A stretch of 64,000 nt of DNA from Candidatus Dormiibacterota bacterium (GCA_035544955.1 DASZZN010000014.1:196811-260810); one strand, 5' to 3'; shown: positions 48,833-58,769, counted from the stretch's first letter. Program-made: numbers and translations. The notes: a model not told the origin generated them from the sequence alone.

Positions 48833-49306
48833 CTAGGTCAACGCTGGACGGACGACCCAAGTCGTTATTGCGAGCCCAGCCAAGATAGCGATGTCGATAG
48901 CGAGGCCGAATTTCGCGTCGTTCCACCAAGCCAAACAGAGGACCAGCGAGAGAACCGCCGCAGCAGCGGCGAGGAGCCTCCACCACCCGGCGCCTGATGC
49001 CACCCCTACCGCCGCCCCGACGAACGCCACCGCCAGGAGCAGCCAGAGCAGGCCAAGGAATTGCACCAGTGTGGTGCCAGAACCGAGGCCCGATGGAAAG
49101 GTTGGCGTGGTCGAGATGGCGTTGATCTGACCCAGTCGCCAGGTGGCCGCGAAACCAATCGCATGAATCACGCCATGCAATCCGAGAATCGCCGCGATGA
49201 GGTAGCGCCAGATCATGCCAGCGGTGCCTTCTCCGAGGGCGAGGAACGCCACCAAGTCACGCCGACCGCCGCGATGCAAGTGCCGAGCATAAGGTAGAAG
49301 GCCCAA
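48833..49306 (-). CDS. Hypothetical membrane protein
   Basis: Four hydrophobic helices. Confidence 0.45.
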   Translation of the reverse strand: MGLLPYARHLHRGGRRDLVAFLALGEGTAGMIWRYLIAAILGLHGVIHAIGFAATWRLGQINAISTTPTFPSGLGSGTTLVQFLGLLWLLLAVAFVGAAVGVASGAGWWRLLAAAAAVLSLVLCLAWWNDAKFGLAIDIAILAGLAITTWVVRPALT

Positions 49307-49521
49307 AAAAGAGAGCCGATTCCGGCGAGCATCACCATCTCGGCCGATATCCAGCCAATCAGCGTCAAGCCGACCGCGATAGCGGCAACGGGGGAGATCG
49401 CCTGCCAGCGGACTGTCATCGCCGCGGCCAGCAGTGGTGCAACCCCGATGAAGACGAACAGGATGATGCCGGGTACCAGGTCCGAGCGGAACGGCGTCCC
49501 CGCCAACTGCCCGGTCGTCAT
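49213..49521 (-). CDS. Hypothetical small membrane protein
   Basis: Three hydrophobic helices. Its 3' end overlaps the start of the 48833..49306 gene. It lies divergent from TetR. Confidence 0.35.
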   Translation of the reverse strand: MTTGQLAGTPFRSDLVPGIILFVFIGVAPLLAAAMTVRWQAISPVAAIAVGLTLIGWISAEMVMLAGIGSLFWAFYLMLGTCIAAVGVTWWRSSPSEKAPLA

Positions 49522-49737
49522 CCCGAGCAGGTGGCCGTCAGGCGCGAGGATGAACTGGCCTCCCCCGAACAGGGCGCCGAGGCCGAGGAAGATCTAGCAG
49601 TACGGCGCGACGCGCGATCCCGGGGAGCGAGCGGAATGTGCTCCAACCAATCTCCCATTGCTGATAACTCCTTTGGAACTCACCGGGCAGGTGCTCTATC
49701 TCGCTCAGGCTGGCCTTGATTTGTTATTAGCGTATCT

Positions 49738-49751
49738 GCTCTAATTAGAGC
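49738..49751. promoter_or_regulatory. Perfect 14-bp palindrome GCTCTAATTAGAGC, candidate TetR operator
   Basis: AT-rich perfect inverted repeat ~12 nt upstream of the TetR ATG, in the divergent intergenic region. Confidence 0.45.
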
Positions 49752-49763
49752 AACTATTCTAAC

Positions 49764-50429
49764 ATGGCCACGAGACCCCTAAAGAAGTCGGAGCGGACAG
49801 CCAAGCGGATCATGGACGCGGCCCGCCGGCTCTTCAACGAGCGCGGCGCTTCGGCGGTTAGCACTAACCACATCGCGGCGGCCGCCGGCATCAGCCCAGG
49901 GAACCTGTACTACCACTTCGAGGACAAGCAAGCGATCATCCGGGCGCTGCACTCAGAGTACGCGGCGGCGCACGAGGAGCGATGGGAGCCGGCCGCCGAT
50001 GCGAGGGAGAACCTGGCGAGGCTCGGCCAGAACGTCGCTGATGGGATCGAGCTTGCCTGGGACTACCGGTTCTTCGAGCGTGAGATCCTCGTGCTGCTTC
50101 GTGCCGATCCCAAGCTGCGCGTCTCCTACCGTGAGGTATACCAGCGCCGACTCGGAGAATGGCTGGCGTTCGGAAAGCAACTCGTCGCCCAGGGGTTAGT
50201 GCGGCTGCCCCGACCGCCGCGCACACTTCGCGACCTCGCGGTCGCCATCTGGCTCGTCGCCGAGAGCTGGCTTCCGTTCCTGGATGTGACCGGCGATCCG
50301 CAGGACCCACGGCAGGTGGCCAAAGGGACCGACCTAATCATGGTCGTGCTCGAGCCCTACCTCACCGCCAAGGGACGCAGTTTGATGGAGAGCTCACCAA
50401 GCGTAGTTCGCAGGACCAAGGAGGGGTAG
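49764..50429 (+). CDS. TetR-family transcriptional regulator
   Basis: N-terminal HTH TAKRIMDAARRLFNERGASAVSTNHIAAAAGISPGNLYYHFEDKQAI. Confidence 0.85.
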   Translation: MATRPLKKSERTAKRIMDAARRLFNERGASAVSTNHIAAAAGISPGNLYYHFEDKQAIIRALHSEYAAAHEERWEPAADARENLARLGQNVADGIELAWDYRFFEREILVLLRADPKLRVSYREVYQRRLGEWLAFGKQLVAQGLVRLPRPPRTLRDLAVAIWLVAESWLPFLDVTGDPQDPRQVAKGTDLIMVVLEPYLTAKGRSLMESSPSVVRRTKEG

Positions 50430-50431
50430 CG

Positions 50432-51673
50432 ATGACGACATCGAGAACGACCGGGGAGTTGGATGCCTCGACGAGCGAGGGCAGGGCCTCCGCTGGCGGG
50501 GTCAGCAGGCGGGCCTTTCTCCGCTTGGCCGGCCGTGGAGCCGGCCTTGTCGCCGTCGTGGGGAGCGGTCTCGTAACTTTGCGCGCACTCGATCAGGGCG
50601 TGTTCAGCACCGGCAGCGGTCCGGCATATTCGGCCTGGAATCAGTGGGCAGCAGCGCCCACGCAACCGCTAGACCTGATCCGGGCGGCGGTGCTCGCTGC
50701 GAACGCTCACGACACTCAGCCCTGGTTGTTCCGAGTGAGCCTTGATCGCATCGATCTGTACGCGGTCCCCAGCCGGAGCATCGGGATGATTGACCCTCTC
50801 CGGCGGGAGATGTTCCTCTCGCTGGGCTGCGCTCTCGAGAACCTTGTGCTTGCCGCAGCCGCGGCCGGCACGGCGCCATCGGTGCAGGTCGTCCCGAACT
50901 CGGCCGATCCGACCCTCGCCGCGTCAGTACGGCTCGGATCCGGGCAGCGCGAGATCTCAAGCCTCTACCGCGCCATTCCGATGCGACATACCAACCGAGG
51001 TCCGTATGACACGGCGAGATCAGTCGCCCCCGACGTGCTGACCAGCATGGAAAGCCTGATCTCCGAAACGGACGTCGCTATCGTCTGGTGGACGAGCGCG
51101 GCCGACAAGCGACGCTTCGCTGACCTCACTGTTCGCGCCGCCCAGGCGATCGCCGCGGACGCGCAGCAAGCCGCGGACGACTTCCACTGGTGGCGCGGGA
51201 CCTGGAGCCAGACCCAGGCCAGCAAGGACGGAATCACCATCGACGCCTCGGGTCTGCCGCCGCTCATCCGGGCGCTGGGGAAGATCCTGCCAGGGCAAAC
51301 CCGCGACAGCTACGAGGATAGCTTCCTGAGCTCGCTGCGGAACACCCAGCTGCCCACCGCCGCAGTTATGGGCACCATTGTTGTGCGTGACTCTTCCAAC
51401 CCTGCTCAGCGGATCGGGGCTGGTCGCGCTTACCAGCGCCTGCAGCTGTGGGCGACCTTCCACGGCTTCGCTATGCAGCCACTCAATCAACCGTTGGAGC
51501 GCGCCGACCGGGAGAAGGCATCCGGCCTGGCGCCGGTGTTTGGAACTGAGCTCGGGGCGCTGTTCCCCGACCCCGGGATGCAGCCGGTCATGCCGTTTCG
51601 GCTCGGGTACCCGACTCTCCAGAGCCTGCCCTCGCCTCGCCGTCCGGCAGAGGACGTCATGGTGCGGGGCTAG
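50432..51673 (+). CDS. Tat-exported nitroreductase-family protein (Acg-like)
   Basis: Start ATG 3 nt after the TetR stop with an AGGAGG RBS. Twin-arginine signal SRRAFLRLAGRGAGLVAVVG. The nitroreductase-like segment DTQPWLFRV...IDLY is a weak match. The ORF-track N-terminal extension overlapping TetR is rejected. Confidence 0.6.
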   Translation: MTTSRTTGELDASTSEGRASAGGVSRRAFLRLAGRGAGLVAVVGSGLVTLRALDQGVFSTGSGPAYSAWNQWAAAPTQPLDLIRAAVLAANAHDTQPWLFRVSLDRIDLYAVPSRSIGMIDPLRREMFLSLGCALENLVLAAAAAGTAPSVQVVPNSADPTLAASVRLGSGQREISSLYRAIPMRHTNRGPYDTARSVAPDVLTSMESLISETDVAIVWWTSAADKRRFADLTVRAAQAIAADAQQAADDFHWWRGTWSQTQASKDGITIDASGLPPLIRALGKILPGQTRDSYEDSFLSSLRNTQLPTAAVMGTIVVRDSSNPAQRIGAGRAYQRLQLWATFHGFAMQPLNQPLERADREKASGLAPVFGTELGALFPDPGMQPVMPFRLGYPTLQSLPSPRRPAEDVMVRG

Positions 51674-51675
51674 AG

Positions 51676-52029
51676 GTGGCAGCAATGTCTTGGATCGGTC
51701 GCTACTGGTGGAACTTGCTGGTCGGCGCCGTCGGCCTTCTGTACCTCGCGATGGGTATCGAGGCCGACGCTTTAGCCAGGGTGCTGGGCATTGTCGGCGG
51801 CATCCTGATCCTCGCCGGGGCCTTCTACAGTCGTTTGCGGTTTGCTCCGTGGCTGGTGGCGGTCGGCGCGCTTCCGTTCGCCGCGCTGACTTGGTGGAGC
51901 GTGGTGTCCCCCCTCCTCGGAATCTTGGCCATCGTCTTTGGCTTGATCATGCGTCGTGACGCGCGACGTCGCGGCTTGGTGGCGGCGCCCGCCCGATCAA
52001 TCCCAGCGCCGGACGGTACTGGCCGCTGA
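51676..52029 (+). CDS. Hypothetical small membrane protein
   Basis: Three hydrophobic helices. It follows the nitroreductase gene by 3 nt. Confidence 0.4.
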   Translation: MAAMSWIGRYWWNLLVGAVGLLYLAMGIEADALARVLGIVGGILILAGAFYSRLRFAPWLVAVGALPFAALTWWSVVSPLLGILAIVFGLIMRRDARRRGLVAAPARSIPAPDGTGR

Positions 52030-52104
52030 AAGGCTGCCTTCATTGCAGTTGACCCGCGGCAAGCATGCGCCGAAGGCGTTTGCAAACCGAGGGACGACCC
52101 GATG

Positions 52105-52488
52105 TCAGCGAGCGGGGACGTCCGCCTCGTCCCGCATGGCTTCGGCTTTCGTCCGATGGACCGTGCCGGCGGCGTGCTGGGGCGGCGCATACACCGTAAA
52201 AAGCTTGAGCGGATCCTTCCCCGTGTTCTTGATGTTGTGGGGCGTGCCGGCCGGGACAGCCACGACGTCGCCCTTTTCAAAGGAGTTCGCACGGCCGTCA
52301 AGGATCGCTTCGCCTTCTCCCGAGACTCCGTACAGGATCTGGTCCACCGTGTGGACCTCCTCGCCGATCTCCTCACCCCGAGGCAGAGCCATTAATACGA
52401 GCTGGGCGTGCTGGCCCGTGAAGACCACGCGTCGAAAGTCGTCATTCTTCTTGCTGAGCTCCTTGAGTTGTGCTCGAAACGCTTCCAT
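52105..52488 (-). CDS. Cupin-domain protein
   Basis: Both cupin motifs are present (…GEEIGEEVHTVDQILYGVSGEG… and GDVVAVPAGTPHNIKNTG). Confidence 0.8.
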   Translation of the reverse strand: MEAFRAQLKELSKKNDDFRRVVFTGQHAQLVLMALPRGEEIGEEVHTVDQILYGVSGEGEAILDGRANSFEKGDVVAVPAGTPHNIKNTGKDPLKLFTVYAPPQHAAGTVHRTKAEAMRDEADVPAR

Positions 52489-52491
52489 ACC

Positions 52492-52935
52492 TTATTCCTC
52501 CTTGGCTGGGGTCCCTGTCGCTACGGTGCGTTCGCCTTCGCCCTTGAGCCCGAAGATTTCGCCCGTGGAGCAACGCGGCCACGACGAGTAGCACGCGTGG
52601 ATCGCCGCTAGATTGTGCGCAAACCATTTTGGCAAGTAGATGTCGGTGACTGAGCCCCGCCGCGCTCCAAGCCTCTCGGCCAGGCTCGTAAGCGGACACC
52701 GAAATCCACTTGCCGCGAAGACGAGACTCTCCCCACCGACGATCGCCCCGGCGATGGCGGCTCTCCGATCGGACCGCCTGGCAAAGCCAGCGTAGAGAAG
52801 GTAGATCATGCACGCCTCTATCGAGAACCAGGCGAGGGTATGGAGTCCCTTGATCGCGACCAGCGCCTGCCTTGATGCTCGCGGCAGCGGCCGCTCCGGC
52901 GGATACTCGCCCTGGCCCCGCCAGCCTGTCGTCAT
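52492..52935 (-). CDS. Hypothetical membrane protein
   Basis: I placed the start at the internal ATG that overlaps the upstream stop (ATGA). Hydrophobic helices (LAWFSIEACMIYLLYAGF, AAIAGAIVGGESLVFAASGF). The Arg-rich upstream extension of the ORF is rejected. Confidence 0.45.
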   Translation of the reverse strand: MTTGWRGQGEYPPERPLPRASRQALVAIKGLHTLAWFSIEACMIYLLYAGFARRSDRRAAIAGAIVGGESLVFAASGFRCPLTSLAERLGARRGSVTDIYLPKWFAHNLAAIHACYSSWPRCSTGEIFGLKGEGERTVATGTPAKEE

Positions 52936-53363
52936 CTCACGCTCGATCCGGCGCGGCCGCGTGCCACAACTAAGCACAGCAGCGCCTGGACGAGCGCGAG
53001 CGGACCCAGCAAGAAGCGTTCCCAATTGCTCGACGATGCGAAGTTTCCAAGCGCACTGAGCGTCAGTCCAGCGACTAACACCCATGTTCCCCAACGGGAC
53101 ACGTTCGGCGGGACCGGAACCTGGTAACCGGCGCGGCCGAGGACGATGAATGCTGCCAGAACCAGCACGGCAGCGGCAAACCCGCTCGCGATTCGGAGTC
53201 CGGCCGGCAGCTGGGCGTGGGCCCCTCCCCAGGCGCCACGACCCAACGGGGCGCCGAGCGCCAGGGCGACCTGGAAGGCTGCGAGAGCGATGAGGCTGCT
53301 CGCGGCCCCTACTGCCGCCACGCGCACAGGTCCTGCGGCGACTCGCCGCCAAGCGGACTCCAC
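52932..53363 (-). CDS. Hypothetical membrane protein
   Basis: Four hydrophobic helices. Translationally coupled to 52492..52935. Confidence 0.45.
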   Translation of the reverse strand: MESAWRRVAAGPVRVAAVGAASSLIALAAFQVALALGAPLGRGAWGGAHAQLPAGLRIASGFAAAVLVLAAFIVLGRAGYQVPVPPNVSRWGTWVLVAGLTLSALGNFASSSNWERFLLGPLALVQALLCLVVARGRAGSSVR

Positions 53364-53782
53364 TGAGCCGGCTCCTCGATGGCCGTTACGGTTAGTTATT
53401 CGGGCTGAGGTTACGGAAGGCGCACAAAACCTCCGGGCAAACCGGCGACACTAAGGTGCAAGCCTTGCTGACCGAACCAGTGACTTTGGTCAAGTGGCTG
53501 GCCAATGCGGACAGGCTCGCGATGTCCGCTCAATGTTCGCCGACTTTGCGCCTCTTCGTTGCGGCTTAGTGTGCGCCCGGGAGTCTTGCATTGGCTCAAG
53601 CCGTCGCAGCCAGCCGGTAGGTTATCTGAATCCGATTTTCAGGCGTGGTACTTGCGCGGGAGGCTCCCGACTCGCGCACCAAGTCACCGCACGCGCGAAC
53701 CAATTAACCGCCCAGGAGACCGACCTTGACGTCGCGCTTCTTCTTTAGACGGCCACTGGTCGTCTGACGACGGGAGGGTCGA

Positions 53783-54730
53783 CTATTCCAATTCTGACCC
53801 TGAGGCGATCAGAAGCGCCTCGCCGAGGGTGACGTAGTATTCCGCCTCGACGGGGTGCGCCAGGTCCTCGAGCACCCAGACAGCGTTCTCCGCAGCCCGC
53901 GCCACTCCCCATGCCGCCACTCGCCAGCGGGGCTCAGCCAGCCCTTCGGAAACCTGGTTCATGAGCCGCTCAGCTGCTCTCGGGTCCCGATCATCCCCGA
54001 GGAGGTCGCTGATCAGGTAGCCGGCATCGAACGCCGGATCGCCGACCAGGGGTTTCGGGTCGATCAGGAGCCAGGGCTCTCGGGTTGCGGCGAGGACGTT
54101 GTCCAGGTGTGCGTCCCGGTTGACAAGCAAACTGGCCGCATCCTCGGCTTCCAGCCTCGCCAATGCGCTCTGGGCGCGCGCCAACAGCACGGCAAGGCGT
54201 TGGGAATGTAGGCGGGCGTCGCTGAGGCCGAACCTTGCTTTCCATTCCGCCGCCTTGTCACGAACAAGGAGGAAGGGATGGCTCGACGGAACAGGCCGCC
54301 GAAGGCGGGCCAGGGTCTTGCAGGCGATATCGATCGCCGCCGAGCGGTCGCCGTACCGGGACAGCGGCGACCCCGGCTCGGCGAGCTCCAGAAGCATTGC
54401 ACCGCTCACGGCGTCGAATTCGTAGAGAAGGACAGCACCCTGCCCGGCATAGAGCCGCAGCGCTTCCGCCTCCGAGCGGTTCTCGTCGTCGACGAAGGGG
54501 ACCTTGATGATGGCGGGGCTGCCGTCGCTCCTCTGCACCGGAGCTACGAACGAGTGAGTACCACCCTCCAGCGCCGCTCCGACCTCGAGCTCCCACGCGT
54601 CCGCGATCCTGCTGACTAGGCGGGGGAGCCGGTCCAGCCACTCGCGTCCCCTGTCGCCATGCCATTCCAGGACGCGATGGACGACACTCGCCGGAAGCGT
54701 GGATTCGGTCACAGTTGAAGTTCTACTCAT
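53783..54730 (-). CDS. Aminoglycoside/small-molecule phosphotransferase (APH family)
   Basis: LVNRDAHLDNVLAA and LLIDPKPLVGDPAFDAGY (H-x-D-x4-N and D-x-x-G motifs of the APH/choline kinase fold). Confidence 0.75.
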   Translation of the reverse strand: MSRTSTVTESTLPASVVHRVLEWHGDRGREWLDRLPRLVSRIADAWELEVGAALEGGTHSFVAPVQRSDGSPAIIKVPFVDDENRSEAEALRLYAGQGAVLLYEFDAVSGAMLLELAEPGSPLSRYGDRSAAIDIACKTLARLRRPVPSSHPFLLVRDKAAEWKARFGLSDARLHSQRLAVLLARAQSALARLEAEDAASLLVNRDAHLDNVLAATREPWLLIDPKPLVGDPAFDAGYLISDLLGDDRDPRAAERLMNQVSEGLAEPRWRVAAWGVARAAENAVWVLEDLAHPVEAEYYVTLGEALLIASGSELE

Positions 54731-55090
54731 TCTGGCCGCAAGGCGTGGCCGGGGGCCTGAGTGGACGAGACCCAGATCTCCTCGAAGCAGGCGGTCTAGA
54801 GGCAGCCTCGCCCATTCGTCCAGGTCGATAGCGCTCCGGGCGGACCTTGGCGTGCCGGCCGCTCAGCGCGATCGCCGGCCCGCCCAACGCTTATATCGAG
54901 AAGATTTGCCTAAGTCCTCGGACGCCGAGAGGACCGCGCTGCGGCGACCATCTACATATATAGGTAGGGGCATACCACGAGCCCCGAGATGGTCGCGACC
55001 CAGTTTGCATTTCGGGAAGGGGAGATTTCGCTCTTGACCCTGCCGCGCAAGGTCGCTATGCTTGCGTCGTTCCACTAATGGGATAGCACA

Positions 55091-55486
55091 ATGATTCAAT
55101 TCCACCTCGATCGCACGTCTGGGGTCACGACTTACTGGCAACTGGTCCAACAGGTCCAGCAAGCGATCCGGGTCGGTCGGCTCAAAGCTGGTGACCAGCT
55201 TCCGACCGCTCGGGAAGTGGTAGCCAAGCTGGCGATCAACCCCAACACCGTGCTCAAGGCCTACCGCGAGCTCGAGCGCGACGGCCTGGTGGTCAGCCGA
55301 CCCGGCCAGGGTACGTTTGTCACTAACGCTGCCCACGCGATGCCCGTTACGACTCATGCCGCGTTGCGGCGGAGTCTCGAACGATGGGTCCGCTCCGCCA
55401 GAGAGGCCGGGTTGGATAACGAGAGCATCCGGGCGATCGTATCGACGACGCTCCAGGAGAGCGCGGACAAAGTTGGCATCGCGTGA
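55091..55486 (+). CDS. GntR-family (YtrA-like, short) transcriptional regulator
   Basis: Winged HTH QLPTAREVVAKLAINPNTVLKAYRELERDGLVVSRPGQGTFV. 131 aa. Overlaps the ABC ATPase start. Confidence 0.8.
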   Translation: MIQFHLDRTSGVTTYWQLVQQVQQAIRVGRLKAGDQLPTAREVVAKLAINPNTVLKAYRELERDGLVVSRPGQGTFVTNAAHAMPVTTHAALRRSLERWVRSAREAGLDNESIRAIVSTTLQESADKVGIA

Positions 55487-56388
55487 ACGCTGCGCTGGAG
55501 GCCACCGCACTAACCAAGCGTTACGGCACAACTCCTGCCCTCAGCGAATGCAACATTCGGATTCCTGCGGGGCACGTGGTTGCGCTCGTCGGTCCCAACG
55601 GCGCGGGCAAGACAACACTCCTCCACCTTGCCATGGGCTTTCTTAATCCGACGGCCGGCGGTATCAAAGTCTTCGGATGGTCGCCGCAGGAGCAGCCGAC
55701 CATCGTGCTGCCACGGGTCGGCTTTCTTGCTCAAGACCGTCCGCTGTACCGACGGTTCAAGGTTCGCGACCTCCTGGAGTTTGGGCGACGCCTGAATCCC
55801 AGGTGGGACGGTGAGCTGGCAAGGTTACGCCTCGAGCGCTTGGCGATCCCGCTCCACCGGCCTGTTGGCAAGCTGTCTGGTGGGCAGGAGGCCCAGGTGG
55901 CACTTGCCCTTACGCTCGCCAAGAAACCCGACATGCTTCTTCTCGACGAGCCACTGTCCAACCTCGACCCGCTTGCCCGGCGCGAGTTCATGCAGGTGCT
56001 CATGGACGCGGTCGCCGAAGAGGGCCTCACCGTCGTCCTCTCATCGCACATCATTGCCGACCTGGAGCGCACGTGCGATTACCTGGTCATCCTTGCGCAG
56101 GGCCAGGTGCAGCTCGCGGGTGAGATCGAGGGCCTTCTCGACAGTCATCGGACGCTTGTCGGTGGTCCGTCCGACCGAGCCCTGCTCGAGCGCGACGCTT
56201 CGGTCATCCATTCCAGCCACACCCCTCGGCAAACGACGATGCTGGTCAAGCTGAACGGCCGTCCAGCGGCGGGCCAATGGGAGGAACATCACGTTGGGCT
56301 GGAAGAACTCGTCCTCGCCTATCTCAGCCGGCCCTCTGGTGACAGTTCCGCCAAGTCAGAGCCAGTGGAACCGGCGAAGCTCGAATGA
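55483..56388 (+). CDS. ABC transporter ATP-binding protein
   Basis: Walker A GPNGAGKTTLL, signature LSGGQEAQVALA, Walker B MLLLDEPLSNLD, H-loop. Confidence 0.9.
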   Translation: MNAALEATALTKRYGTTPALSECNIRIPAGHVVALVGPNGAGKTTLLHLAMGFLNPTAGGIKVFGWSPQEQPTIVLPRVGFLAQDRPLYRRFKVRDLLEFGRRLNPRWDGELARLRLERLAIPLHRPVGKLSGGQEAQVALALTLAKKPDMLLLDEPLSNLDPLARREFMQVLMDAVAEEGLTVVLSSHIIADLERTCDYLVILAQGQVQLAGEIEGLLDSHRTLVGGPSDRALLERDASVIHSSHTPRQTTMLVKLNGRPAAGQWEEHHVGLEELVLAYLSRPSGDSSAKSEPVEPAKLE

Positions 56389-57362
56389 TCTGGGTAACGT
56401 GGGCGCAGCATCGACGGGAAGCGCTGGTCAGCGGGCTCATCCTGACCGTGGCCGCGGCTTTATTGGTGCTTACCGGCCTGATCATGCTCGCCGACTTCCA
56501 GAGCAGCGGGGCGGCGAGCTGCGCCCCGGCGGGTGGCCGGGCGGTCGGCGTCTTCGCTGCCGGAACCTCATGTGAACCGGTCGTCGGCGCCTTTTTCAAC
56601 CGGTGGCTCAGCTTGACGCAAACCGCCTTGCTCGCCCTGATGACCTTGCCCGTGCTGCTTGGCGTCTTTATCGCCGCTCCGCTCCTCAGTCGGGAATTCG
56701 AGCAAAGGACCCACCTCTTTGCCTGGAGCCAGAGCATCACCAAGCTCCGCTGGGTCTTGGTCAAACTGGGACTGTTCGCCGCGGTTGTCCTGGTAAGTGC
56801 CGCCGCTCTCACGGTCCTCGTCATCTGGTGGCACTCGCCACTGGACCGAGCGTTCTACGGCGGGCCCTGGGCCGCCTTCGACGTCGAGGGGCTCGCGCCC
56901 ATCGGATATGCCGTCTTCGCCCTGTCTCTTGGCACGCTGGCCGGACTCGTATTCCGGCGCACCATTCCTGCGATGGCCCTCACACTCTTCGTGTTTGTCG
57001 GCGCTCGTATCCTGATCGCCCAGGTCAGGCCGCACTTCATGACCGCGGTCACCGGCTCCGCTCTGGACGTCAAGCAGGGCTCATGGCTTGTCTCCGCGAA
57101 CTATTACACGGATGCCCAGGGCCATCACGTTTCTTTTGAGCAGGTCAACCAGATGGTGAGCGTATATGCATCCACTGCACCCAAGACTTTTAACGGCTCC
57201 GCAGTGATGGACTACCTGCACCAGCAGGGGATCAGCCTCCTGACCGACTACCAACCGCCCGACCGCTTCTGGACCTTCCAGCTGATCGAGGCCGCGCTGT
57301 TCTTTGGGCTGGCGATAAGCTTGATCGCCGCCAGCCTCTGGTGGCTTCAGCGTAGAGCCTGA
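56385..57362 (+). CDS. ABC-2-type transporter permease
   Basis: Overlaps the ATPase stop. Six hydrophobic helices. Typical GntR-ABC-permease operon. Confidence 0.6.
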   Translation: MIWVTWAQHRREALVSGLILTVAAALLVLTGLIMLADFQSSGAASCAPAGGRAVGVFAAGTSCEPVVGAFFNRWLSLTQTALLALMTLPVLLGVFIAAPLLSREFEQRTHLFAWSQSITKLRWVLVKLGLFAAVVLVSAAALTVLVIWWHSPLDRAFYGGPWAAFDVEGLAPIGYAVFALSLGTLAGLVFRRTIPAMALTLFVFVGARILIAQVRPHFMTAVTGSALDVKQGSWLVSANYYTDAQGHHVSFEQVNQMVSVYASTAPKTFNGSAVMDYLHQQGISLLTDYQPPDRFWTFQLIEAALFFGLAISLIAASLWWLQRRA

Positions 57363-57614
57363 TCGGAGTCGGCCAACCGCGCTTCGATGCGCCACATCGA
57401 GGTGATGCTCAAGGATGGGGAAGAGGGGGCCCTTGGCAAGGCCGTTAAGCAAGGCTCGTTGGCGGAGAACACTGAGCTCGTCCGGCGTTGGCGCGGCATC
57501 TTTTCAAATTGGTGGTGCTCTTTGGTAGTACGGCCCCTCGGCGAGTAGTGTGCCCTGGGTTTGGTGGAGTCGGATTACTGGAATGTCATGCCGCTGTCCA
57601 ATCAGGAGCACAGC

Positions 57615-57800
57615 ATGGGACGAAGGGGCTACCCGGGGGAGTTTCGCCAAAGGGTTCTTGACTGGTCGCTGCCGGCCGAAGTGTCGGTGACATCGCCCGC
57701 GACCTCGGCATCAGCGATCAGACGGTGTATAGCTGGCGCCGCCAGGAGCGCATCGACCAGGGGCTCGAGGCTGGACTGACGTCGCAGGAGCGTGCAGCAT
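57615..57800 (+). pseudogene. IS3-family transposase OrfA remnant (frameshifted, truncated)
   Basis: MGRRGYPGEFRQRVLD | LVAAGRSVGDIARDLGISDQTVYSWRRQERIDQGLEAGLTSQERAA read across two frames, the characteristic IS3/IS911 OrfA HTH. No OrfB and no inverted repeats were seen. Confidence 0.5.
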
Positions 57801-58316
57801 GCGTTCGTCCACAGTGCCGGATAGCGGGTCGCGCACCATTCGGCGAAAGCCAAGTGCGCGTGGCACCCGGACGTGTTTGTATGCCCCCGCCACTTGCTGT
57901 CGCTCCTCCGGAGTCAACCGTTGGGCAAGGGCCAACTGCATCTGGTTGTAGGTCGTGTCTTGAATCGTCGGAACTTGCTCGGGATCATGGTCCAACGAAA
58001 TCAATGTTGGCTTCCAACTCATCGGTCACCAACCCTGCCGCTGCCTCGAATTCCCGCCGATTTTCTCCCCTGCCGCGAGCCGGTCAAGCCAACGTAAAAG
58101 AAGCGCTGCTAAGAACCCACCAACGGTAGGCAGCAGGATGGCGAGCAGGGGGTTGAAGGGTTGAGTGGCGTTGGGACTGGAAGCGGGCGCAGTCGTCGCG
58201 GCGACGCCGGCCATCATCGTCGGTAAGTGGGACATTGCCCTGCTTACTGACGAGCGGCGTATGCAGCAGGTCGTGACCCCGCAGGCTGGTTTGGATCTGT
58301 CCGTCGGTCTCCCGGA

Positions 58317-58769
58317 TCACTCGCACGCGGAGGCAGCCGCGGCTTGGGCCCTGCTCACGGTCAGAAGCCGCCTGACGGCGCTGACCAGTGACTGGCGAGT
58401 GGGGCGCTCCAGCAACCCGACCTCGACATCCGTGAACCGGCGCACCGTGCCGCTCATAGGCCCGAGCAGCAAGATTGGTTTGTCCGCGCGCAGGTAGCAG
58501 CGCAGTAGCTCCCGACTGGGGGTGTGCTCTCGGTAGGCGCCGTCGAACACCCGGACGTCCACGATCGCCACGTCGGCGATCTCCACCAGGCCACACCGCT
58601 GGCCGCGGACGCCAAGGCACGTGAAATCAACGCGCTGGGGCCCGGGGCAGACCATCACCCCGATCCGCGCGCCTTCCAGCCAGGTTGCGAACCGCTCCCG
58701 CTCAGCCCCCTCGGGCTCGACCAGCAGGACCAGGGCGTTCGCATCTTTGGCTCGAACTGCGCGTCTCAT
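58317..58769 (-). CDS. Degenerate receiver (REC)-like protein with Cys-rich insert, paralog 1
   Basis: LVLLVEPEGAERERFATWLEGARIGVMVCPGPQRVDFTCLGVRGQRCGL…VAIVDVRVFDG has a receiver-like b-a-b layout but lacks the acidic pair. It is clearly paralogous to 62971..63468. Confidence 0.5.
   Translation of the reverse strand: MRRAVRAKDANALVLLVEPEGAERERFATWLEGARIGVMVCPGPQRVDFTCLGVRGQRCGLVEIADVAIVDVRVFDGAYREHTPSRELLRCYLRADKPILLLGPMSGTVRRFTDVEVGLLERPTRQSLVSAVRRLLTVSRAQAAAASACE

Noticed and set aside
50159-50431. N-terminal 91 codons of the 504-aa ORF overlapping the TetR gene
   Set aside because: Out-of-frame overlap with a bona fide TetR gene. An ATG with AGGAGG RBS and a Tat signal appear right after the TetR stop, so the true start is 50432.
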